Of a DNA stretch of 32,000 nt, positions 25,978-31,754 are shown in pieces (position 1 is the first letter of the stretch; the number at the start of each line of letters is the position of its first letter). The notes beneath the pieces were generated by a model that saw only the letters and a program-made list of their open reading frames with translations, did not search any database and was not told the origin of the DNA. The DNA is from Methanopyrus kandleri AV19. GTDB taxonomy: Archaea > JAADCQ01 > Methanopyri > Methanopyrales > Methanopyraceae. The translations under genes and the position numbers were made by a program. Location: contig NC_003551.1 of the NCBI RefSeq assembly GCF_000007185.1, positions 1,200,001 to 1,232,000 of the forward strand. Reading direction: 5' to 3'.

Positions 25978-26307
25978 TCACTCCTCGGGTAACTCGCCGC
26001 GGGCGGCCTTCAGGGCCGCCTCTTCCGGATCGGTCCCGGGCTCGGCGACGTAGGCCTTGATCCCCTGGGCTTTGAGACCTTGAAGCGCGTTGGGACCGTA
26101 ACGCGCGGCGACCGTGGCTTCGACGTTCAGTTCCGTGAGGACCGTGAGGATCTGCCTACCGGCCCCGCGCGGGAGGTTCGCGACGGGGTTACTCGTGGAC
26201 TCGACGAGCTCGACGTCGTCATCCTGCACCTCGTACACGCGGATCTCAGGAGCTCGGGCGAACCGGGAGGACACCCCGTCACCTTCCACCATCACGGCCA
26301 CGCGCAA
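25978..26307 (-). CDS. NifX/NifB-C-terminal-like (dinitrogenase FeMo-cofactor-binding fold) small protein
   Basis: 109 aa. MRVAVMVEGDGVSSRFARAPEIRVYEV...ATVAARYGPNALQGLKAQGIKAYV matches the NifX-like family pattern. The TTG start directly abuts the upstream TAA (TAATTG), with GAGGGGGT SD 10 nt upstream. Confidence 0.8.
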   Translation of the reverse strand: MRVAVMVEGDGVSSRFARAPEIRVYEVQDDDVELVESTSNPVANLPRGAGRQILTVLTELNVEATVAARYGPNALQGLKAQGIKAYVAEPGTDPEEAALKAARGELPEE

Positions 26308-26547
26308 TTACCTGGGACCCCCTCGTCCCGGACCACCGCGACCTCCGCGGCCGGGACCGCCGCGACCCATACCGCGTCCGAGACCGGCGTAGCTTCCCCA
26401 GGTACCCGGCCCGGGGTTCAGCCGGTGGATGAACACGGCTGGGGCTCCACAGTTCGGACAGCTCGAGGGTTTGGGGGCGCCGTACGGTACCTCGATGATC
26501 TCGCCGCACCGGGAGCACCGGAAGACCTTCACGTCGCGTCGGATCAA
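26308..26547 (-). CDS. Zinc-ribbon protein with C-terminal RGG/GPGRGG low-complexity tail
   Basis: 79 aa. CSRC-x15-CPNC, then GLGRGMGRGGPGRGGRGGPGRGGPR. TTG start preceded by a perfect GAGGGGGTGAT SD with a 5-nt spacer, 6 nt after the ferredoxin stop. Confidence 0.7.
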   Translation of the reverse strand: MIRRDVKVFRCSRCGEIIEVPYGAPKPSSCPNCGAPAVFIHRLNPGPGTWGSYAGLGRGMGRGGPGRGGRGGPGRGGPR

Positions 26548-26553
26548 ACCCGA

Positions 26554-26736
26554 TCACCCCCTCTTGGGCTCCATCCGGAGAGCACCCGTGGGACACACCC
26601 GGGCGCACGATCCGCAGGCGCGACACTTGGAGGCGTCTACCTCGACGTACCCGACGGAGACGAGGAGCGCACCGGTGGGACAGGCTCGCATGCACTCACC
26701 GCATCCCTCGCACTCGGAGGCGTCGTGCACGAACAC
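26554..26736 (-). CDS. 2x[4Fe-4S] ferredoxin (about 60 aa)
   Basis: CEGCGECMRACP and CRACGSCARVCP. The 159-aa ORF-track form runs through the upstream gene as R/G junk. The first in-frame start after that gene's stop is GTG 26736 (or GTG 26730). No strong SD, so the start is approximate. Confidence 0.8.
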   Translation of the reverse strand: MFVHDASECEGCGECMRACPTGALLVSVGYVEVDASKCRACGSCARVCPTGALRMEPKRG

Positions 26737-26759
26737 CGCCTGAGGTGTCTCGACGCGGG

Positions 26760-27179
26760 TTATTCCTTCTCCTCCATCTCTCGCAGCCGCTTCTCTAGTT
26801 CCTCGAGCTTCTTCCGCAGCTCCTCCAGCTCTTCCGTCTTCCCTCCTTCCGGACCCTCCGACACGCTCTCCGCGAGCTTCTCTACGGCCTCGGCTAAGTC
26901 CTCCCCGAAGGTCTCGCGTATCGCTTTCAGTACCTCCTTCCGGGTCTCCTCGTCCGCTGTTGCGAGCCACCACCAACCACCGCCCCAACCGGGACCGCCG
27001 CGCCAACCTCCTCTCCACCAGCCACCGGGCCACGCCGGTGCCGGCGCGCCTTCTTCACCCAGTACCTGCCAGGCGTGCTTTATCTCTCCCGTTTCCGTGT
27101 CCTCGTAGAACGCGTGTGGACCTAGCCCGCACCTGCACGGGCCGATGTACCTATATCGCCGGCTCGCCATGCCCTTCAC
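26760..27179 (-). CDS. DUF5320-like protein: Cys-containing N-terminus, Trp/Gly-rich core, C-terminal coiled coil
   Basis: 139 aa. RYRYIGPCRCGLGPHAF, then WPGGWWRGGWRGGPGWGGGWWW (8 Trp in 22 residues), then EELEELRKKLEELEKRLREMEEKE. Start is GTG 27179 (AGGAGGA upstream) or ATG 27170 (GGGGGTGA upstream). The family call is tentative, from architecture only. Confidence 0.6.
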   Translation of the reverse strand: MKGMASRRYRYIGPCRCGLGPHAFYEDTETGEIKHAWQVLGEEGAPAPAWPGGWWRGGWRGGPGWGGGWWWLATADEETRKEVLKAIRETFGEDLAEAVEKLAESVSEGPEGGKTEELEELRKKLEELEKRLREMEEKE

Positions 27180-27183
27180 CCCC

Positions 27184-27219
27184 TTAGGTCCTCCTAACGC
27201 CGCGATTAGGGAAACCTAA
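27184..27219. promoter_or_regulatory. Two tandem 14-bp palindromes TTAGG-N4-CCTAA (27184-27197 and 27206-27219), centres 22 bp apart; putative operator pair
   Basis: Read directly: cccTTAGGtcctCCTAAcgccgcgaTTAGGgaaaCCTAActc. They lie between the shared TATA-like box (27224-27233) and the first gene of the minus-strand six-gene operon. Confidence 0.65.
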
Positions 27220-27223
27220 CTCG

Positions 27224-27233
27224 GTAATAAAGC
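27224..27233. promoter_or_regulatory. Shared AT-rich TATA-like element GTAATAAAGC in the 72-bp divergent intergenic region
   Basis: The only AT-rich block between the gene starts at 27179 (-) and 27252 (+). It is about 24 nt upstream of the CBS GTG (predicting a leaderless mRNA) and about 45-55 nt upstream of the minus-strand start. Confidence 0.5.
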
Positions 27234-27251
27234 TTTGGGGATGGGAAAGCC

Positions 27252-27620
27252 GTGCCCACGGTCCGGGACGCGATGACCGAGGACGTCGTGGTCGTGGGGC
27301 CGGACGAGCCCCTGGAGCGCGTGCTCCGGACGTTCGCGTCCGAGTCGATCCACGGGGTGCCCGTCGTCGAGGGTGGCCGGTTGATCGGGATCGTGACGTC
27401 GGTCGACGTCGTCCGCGCCCTGGCCTCGGGCGAGTGGAGGGAGCTGACCGCGGGCGATGTCACCCGGAAGGCCGTGACCGTGGACCCAGACGAGGATCTC
27501 GAGACCGCGCTGGACCTGATGGCGGCCGTCGGTGAGGACCGCGCGGTGGTGGTCGAGGACGGGGAGATCGTCGGCGTAGTCACCGTACTGGACGCCATCC
27601 GCGTGCTGTTAGGGGAGTGA
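27252..27620 (+). CDS. CBS-domain pair protein
   Basis: 122 aa. VRDAMTEDVVVVGPDEPLERVLRTFASESIHGVPVVEGGRLIGIVTSVDVV plus a second CBS repeat, VTRKAVTVDPDEDLETALDLMAAVGEDRAVVVEDGEIVGVVTVLD. Confidence 0.9.
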   Translation: MPTVRDAMTEDVVVVGPDEPLERVLRTFASESIHGVPVVEGGRLIGIVTSVDVVRALASGEWRELTAGDVTRKAVTVDPDEDLETALDLMAAVGEDRAVVVEDGEIVGVVTVLDAIRVLLGE

Positions 27621-27624
27621 GCCG

Positions 27625-28965
27625 TTGAAACGGTTGTTCTATCCCGAGGCCGTCGCCGTGGTCGGCGCCTCCCGAGACCCCTCGAAGGTAGGTCACGGGA
27701 TCTTCCGGAACCTGCTGCGCGACTTCGACGGACCGGTGTACCCCGTGAACCCCCACGCCGACGAGCTCCTGGGTCGACGCTGCTACCCGTCGCTCCTCGA
27801 GCTCCCCGAGCGGGTCGACCTGGCGGTGATCGCGGTCCCCGCCCGCGTGGTTCCCGAGGTGGTGCGCGAGGCCGGGGAGGCCGGCGTACCGTACTGCGTG
27901 GTGATCTCCGCGGGCTTCTCCGAGGCGGGCAACGAGGACCTCGAGCGGGAGCTGGTCAGGACCGCCCGGAAAGTCGGCGTCCGGCTGGTGGGTCCCAACT
28001 GCCTCGGGATCATCAACGCGAGGATCGGGCTCAACGCGTCCTTCGCGGCGGAGTCCCCTCCCCCGGGCAACATCGCGTTTGTGACGCAGAGCGGGGCCCT
28101 CGCGACATCGGTCATCGACTGGTTCTCCTCGGGAGACGTCGGGACGGTCGGCGTGGGGTTCAGCAAGTTCGTGAGCCTGGGCAACGCGGCCGACCTGGAC
28201 TTCCCCGACTTCCTCGAGTACCTGGCGGAGGACGACGATACCGACGTGGTCGTGCTGTACCTGGAGGGCGTCAAGGACGGGCCGCGGTTCCTGGACGCGC
28301 TGTCCGAGTGTGCCGGGCGTAAGCCGGTGATCGTGCTCAAGGGCGGCAGGACGGAGGCCGGGGCCGAGGCGGTCGGCACCCACACCGGTTCACTGGCGGG
28401 CTCGGGAGAGGTCTACGAGGGGCTCGTCGAGGGAGAGGGTGGTATCTTCGTGGGAGGGTTCGAGGAGGCGTTCGACGCGGCGAAGCTGCTGGCTAAGGCC
28501 GGTCCCCCGACGTCGGACCGCGTGCTGATCGTGACGAACGCCGGGGGCGGCGGGATCCTGGCGACGGACGCCCTGCACGAGCTGGGCTTCGAGCTCCCGG
28601 AGCCCGCGGGGGACCCCTCGGTGCTGCCACCGGAGGCGGCGACGGGTAACCCCGTCGACGTGCTGGGGGACGCGGACGCGGAGCGTTACCGGGTCGCGCT
28701 GGAGGAGTTCGCGGATCCCGATCGGTACGGGGCCGTGATGGTCATCCTCACGCCGCAGAGCGTGACGGAGCCCGTGAAGACGGCACGGGCGGTCGTGGAG
28801 TTCGTCGAGGAGTTCCCGGGACCGGTGATCGGGGTCTGGATGGGCCGTCACTCCGTGGCCCTGGGGATCAGGGTTCTAGAGGAGGGCGGGGTGCCGACGT
28901 TCCCCTCGCCCGAGCGCGCCGCGAGGGCGCTGTACCACGCGGCCAGGTGGGCGGAAGTATTATAA
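27625..28965 (+). CDS. ADP-forming acyl/acetyl-CoA synthetase alpha-type subunit (CoA-binding plus succinyl-CoA-ligase-like flavodoxin domains)
   Basis: 446 aa. PEAVAVVGASRDPSKVGHGIFRNLL, VGPNCLGIIN, FVTQSGAL and GTHTGSLAG (phospho-His loop). No ATP-grasp beta subunit adjacent. Confidence 0.85.
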   Translation: MKRLFYPEAVAVVGASRDPSKVGHGIFRNLLRDFDGPVYPVNPHADELLGRRCYPSLLELPERVDLAVIAVPARVVPEVVREAGEAGVPYCVVISAGFSEAGNEDLERELVRTARKVGVRLVGPNCLGIINARIGLNASFAAESPPPGNIAFVTQSGALATSVIDWFSSGDVGTVGVGFSKFVSLGNAADLDFPDFLEYLAEDDDTDVVVLYLEGVKDGPRFLDALSECAGRKPVIVLKGGRTEAGAEAVGTHTGSLAGSGEVYEGLVEGEGGIFVGGFEEAFDAAKLLAKAGPPTSDRVLIVTNAGGGGILATDALHELGFELPEPAGDPSVLPPEAATGNPVDVLGDADAERYRVALEEFADPDRYGAVMVILTPQSVTEPVKTARAVVEFVEEFPGPVIGVWMGRHSVALGIRVLEEGGVPTFPSPERAARALYHAARWAEVL

Positions 28966-28967
28966 TG
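28957..28967 (+). promoter_or_regulatory. TATA box GTATTATAATG upstream of feoA (overlaps the ACD-alpha stop codon)
   Basis: The strongest TATA-like sequence in the window, about 35-40 nt upstream of the feoA GTG (28998). Confidence 0.6.
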
Positions 28968-28982
28968 TTAGGCGCACCTAAC
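28967..28982. promoter_or_regulatory. Palindrome GTTAGG-cgca-CCTAAC immediately downstream of the feoA TATA box; putative repressor operator with the same motif as 27184-27219
   Basis: Read directly: tataatGTTAGGcgcaCCTAACaatt. Its position between TATA and the expected transcription start is the classical archaeal repressor site. Confidence 0.6.
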
Positions 28983-28997
28983 AATTGAGTACCGACG

Positions 28998-29237
28998 GTG
29001 GGTGGTGCCGTGAAGACACTGCTCGAGGTGCCAGAGGGGAGGACGGTCCGCGTCGTCGACGTGGCCGCCGGTAAGGGAGCGGCCGCCATGCTGTACGAGC
29101 TCGGGATCCGGCCCGGGGCACGCGTCGAGGTCGTGAAGTCCGGTCCGGGTCCCGTCATCGTGCGCGTCGGCGGCGCGAAGTACTCCCTGGGTCGCGGCCT
29201 CGCGGCCAAGGTGATCGTCGAGGAGGAACAGGGGTGA
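28998..29237 (+). CDS. feoA: Ferrous iron transport protein A (FeoA, SH3-like)
   Basis: 79 aa. LLEVPEGRTVRVVDVAAGKGAAAMLYELGIRPGARVEVVKSGPGPVIVRVGGAKYSLGRGLAAKVIV. An alternative GTG lies at 29010. Confidence 0.88.
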   Translation: MGGAVKTLLEVPEGRTVRVVDVAAGKGAAAMLYELGIRPGARVEVVKSGPGPVIVRVGGAKYSLGRGLAAKVIVEEEQG

Positions 29238-29241
29238 GGCG

Positions 29242-31194
29242 ATGAGGACGGTAGCGCTGGCGGGACCACCGAACGTGGGTAAGACCACCATAATGTCCCG
29301 GGTCTGCCGCGCGAACCTGGAGGTCGGGAACTGGCCCGGGGTCACCGTCGAGAGGAAGACCTGCACGTACGAGTTCCGGGGGGATAGGTACCGTCTCATC
29401 GACCTCCCGGGCACGTACAGCCTCACGGCTTTCTCCGAGGACCAGCGCGTCGCCCGCGACTACCTGCTCGGCCGGACCGACGGGAAGCCGGACGCCGTGG
29501 TCGTCGTCGGGGACGCGCTCAACGTGGCCGGGGCCGTGCGCGTGTTCCTCGAGATCGCGGAGCTCGGGTACCATCACGTCATCCTGGCCGTGAACATGCT
29601 TGACGAGGCGGAGCGCGCGGGCATCGGCATCGACCTGAAACGACTGGAGCGCGAGCTGGGAGTGCCCGTCGTCGGTATATCCGCGAAGCGGGGATACGGG
29701 ATCGAGCACCTCAAGCGCGCGATCGCGGACGTCGTGCAGGGAAGGGTCGAGCCGAACCCCAGGTCCCCCCGGTACCCTCGCGAGGTCGAGAGGGCCGTGA
29801 AGGAGCTCGCCCCGGAGGTCGGTGAAAGGCTCCCGGAGTACCCCCCGCGTTGGGCCGTCCTCAAGCTCCTCGAGGGGGACCCCGAACTCCTCCGGGAACT
29901 CGAAAAACGCGATCCCGAGCTTCTAAAACGGGTTAAAGAGGTCAAGAAACGTATCGCCGAGCGGACCTCCCACGACCCGGCCGTCCTGATCTCGCAGGCC
30001 CGGGACGAACTCGCCACGCGGATCGCCCGGAACTGCGTGACGGGTCGGCCTTCGCTCTCCCGTCAGGACCGGATCGACCGCGTCCTCACGCACCCGGTGT
30101 GGGGCACGCTCATCGCCCTGGGCGTGCTCGGGACGGTGTTCGCGTCGGCGTTCCTCCTGGGCGACCCGCTCTCCGAGCTCGTGGAGGGGGCGTTCGAACA
30201 CCTCGCCGGGTTCGCCCGAAGTCTGCCCGCGCCATGGTCCGACCTACTCGCCGAGGGCGTGATCCCCGGCGTGGGAACCGTGCTCGCCATGTACCCGTAC
30301 GTGTTCGTCATGCTACTACTCCTCACCGTGCTCGAGGATGCCGGCTACACGGCCCGCCTCGCCGCCTTAGCGTCCGGCCTGCTCGCCCGCTTCGGTCTCC
30401 ACGGCAAGACCGTGTTCCCCGCCGTCCTGTCCCTCTCCTGCAACGTACCCGCGATCACGGCGAGCCGGATCATCGAGGACGAACGGGCCCGCCTGCTGAC
30501 CGCGATCGTCGTGCCGCTGATCCCCTGCGGTGCCCGTCTCGAGGTGATCACGTTCCTCACGGCGAAGCTACCGGACCCCTGGCGCGTACCGGCCGCCGTT
30601 TCCATCTACGTCGTCGCCCTCTCGCTGTTCGTGGCCACGTCCTACATCCTACACCGCCTCCTCTTCGGCAAGCCGGAGCCCCACCGCGGGCACGTGATCG
30701 AGCTCCCACGCCTCCGTAAGCCGCACCTACGCACGGTGCTCACCGTCACCTGGCTGCGCTCGAACGAGTTCCTCCAGAAGGCCGGCACGATCATCCTGGC
30801 GGCCTCGGTCCTGCTCTGGGTCGCCACCCGATACCCGGAGCCGCTGGGCACCGGCGGGAGCGCGATCGAGCTCGTCGGTAAGGCCCTCGAGCCGGTGACG
30901 GTGGCCCTCCTGGGGCTGGACTGGAAGGGGGCCGTGGCGCTCCTCAACGGGATCGTCGCGAAGGAGATCGTCATCTCCACCCTCGCCATGCTGCACGCGC
31001 ACCTCACGCCCGAGAACGCCTACGTGCTCACCCTGGTGAGCGCGCTGTACATCCCGTGTGCCGCCACGATAGGTGCGGTCTACTCGGAGACCGGTTCCAT
31101 GAGGTACGCCGCACTCTCCGTCGCGGCGAACCTGTCCCTCGCGACCCTGGTCGGCGCGGCCGTGCACCACGCGCTCGTGGCACTCGGCGGCTGA
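29242..31194 (+). CDS. feoB: Ferrous iron transporter FeoB (N-terminal G domain plus polytopic membrane domain)
   Basis: 650 aa. G1 GPPNVGKTT, DLPGTYSL, NMLD. Multiple TM segments in the C-terminal two-thirds. Confidence 0.94.
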   Translation: MRTVALAGPPNVGKTTIMSRVCRANLEVGNWPGVTVERKTCTYEFRGDRYRLIDLPGTYSLTAFSEDQRVARDYLLGRTDGKPDAVVVVGDALNVAGAVRVFLEIAELGYHHVILAVNMLDEAERAGIGIDLKRLERELGVPVVGISAKRGYGIEHLKRAIADVVQGRVEPNPRSPRYPREVERAVKELAPEVGERLPEYPPRWAVLKLLEGDPELLRELEKRDPELLKRVKEVKKRIAERTSHDPAVLISQARDELATRIARNCVTGRPSLSRQDRIDRVLTHPVWGTLIALGVLGTVFASAFLLGDPLSELVEGAFEHLAGFARSLPAPWSDLLAEGVIPGVGTVLAMYPYVFVMLLLLTVLEDAGYTARLAALASGLLARFGLHGKTVFPAVLSLSCNVPAITASRIIEDERARLLTAIVVPLIPCGARLEVITFLTAKLPDPWRVPAAVSIYVVALSLFVATSYILHRLLFGKPEPHRGHVIELPRLRKPHLRTVLTVTWLRSNEFLQKAGTIILAASVLLWVATRYPEPLGTGGSAIELVGKALEPVTVALLGLDWKGAVALLNGIVAKEIVISTLAMLHAHLTPENAYVLTLVSALYIPCAATIGAVYSETGSMRYAALSVAANLSLATLVGAAVHHALVALGG

Positions 31195-31207
31195 ACCCGC
31201 CGTCACC

Positions 31208-31215
31208 TTATTTTT
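31208..31215 (+). terminator. Oligo-T tract TTATTTTT 14 nt after the feoB stop; candidate terminator (could also be a TATA box for a downstream RNA)
   Basis: Longest T run seen in the window, right after a long operon. Confidence 0.5.
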
Positions 31216-31259
31216 CCGTGAACGGGGTCCTGAGATCCGCCAGGTAACGCCCCTTATCG

Positions 31260-31323
31260 CCCCCGGAGGGAGCCCGGCCGATGAGGAGTGGCGCCGGGAT
31301 GAGGGTCTCCCGATGACCGGGGG
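31260..31323. other. 64-nt nested hairpin (18 Watson-Crick bp in three stacked helices) inside the feoB/ferritin-like intergenic gap; possible ncRNA element
   Basis: CCCCCGG(31260-66)/CCGGGGG(31317-23), GGGAG(31268-72)/CTCCC(31307-11), CCCGGC(31273-78)/GCCGGG(31293-98). The unpaired plus-strand segments each contain GATGA. Strand and identity unresolved. Confidence 0.35.
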
Positions 31324-31754
31324 TAACGGGAGCTGAGGCTCACGAGGCGGTGTATATTCATCGGGCGGTCGGGGTGACCCCATCTCGAGGGCGGGTTCAA
31401 CACCGCGATCTCGTCCCAATCGACGCTGGAACCTCACTTCGGCGCTCCTTGCTCGACCTCGGATTCACATCCAAGCCGTCACCACGGGGATCGACCTTCA
31501 CGACGGCGAGCCCGCGCTTCGGCACACGTCGTTCGATCCTGAAACCGAATTGTTTCCACGTTCACTTCGATCCGTCGGCGTCCGTCAGGGTTCGAGGTCG
31601 GGCGCCGCGGGGGGAGGGCGGCACTGCTTAAATAGCCCATTGACCCTACCTCGCCGCGACTTAGCCGGCAGTCGGGCAGGCCACGCTGCACCGTAAAAGA
31701 GGAATGAGGAGGCCGAGGAACGCCGATCGATGACGAGGGTCGGTGTTCCCGACC

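Noticed and set aside
26737-27033. 99-codon N-terminal extension of the ferredoxin ORF
   Set aside because: The extension is R/G-rich nonsense lying in an alternative frame of the DUF5320-like gene. Both Cys clusters lie downstream of GTG 26736.
26080-27108. 342-aa plus-strand ORF running antisense across four genes of the NifX-like operon
   Set aside because: The translation is S/R/P/G/T-rich with long homopolymer-like runs (SSSSSFFRSSSSSS) and no motif. It crosses four well-supported, SD-preceded minus-strand genes. This is a typical stop-poor shadow frame of GC-rich DNA.
31276-31340. C/D-box sRNA from the three GATGA motifs plus CTGA at 31333-36
   Set aside because: The box order and 12-nt guide spacing of archaeal C/D RNAs (C-guide-D'-C'-guide-D) cannot be satisfied. 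The motifs fit better as unpaired loops of the nested hairpin.
31386-31410. tRNA-like T-arm GGGCGGGTTCAACACCGCG followed by ...TCCCA
   Set aside because: It gives only a 4-bp stem with an 8-nt loop. No matching acceptor 5' strand, D-arm or anticodon arm could be found nearby.
31195-31754. RNase P RNA or SRP RNA in the large intergenic gap
   Set aside because: Tempting fragments exist. GCCAGGTAACGCC (31240-52) matches a stretch of bacterial RNase P RNA as I remember it. CGATGAAT on the minus strand resembles CR-IV. CCCGGAGGGAGC resembles the SRP helix-8 GGAA-loop region. However, I could not find the universal GAGGAAAGUCC (CR-I) or ACAGAAnnCGGCUUA (CR-V) blocks, a P1/helix-5 closing duplex, or the right order and spacing. 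Identity is left open pending a covariance-model search.
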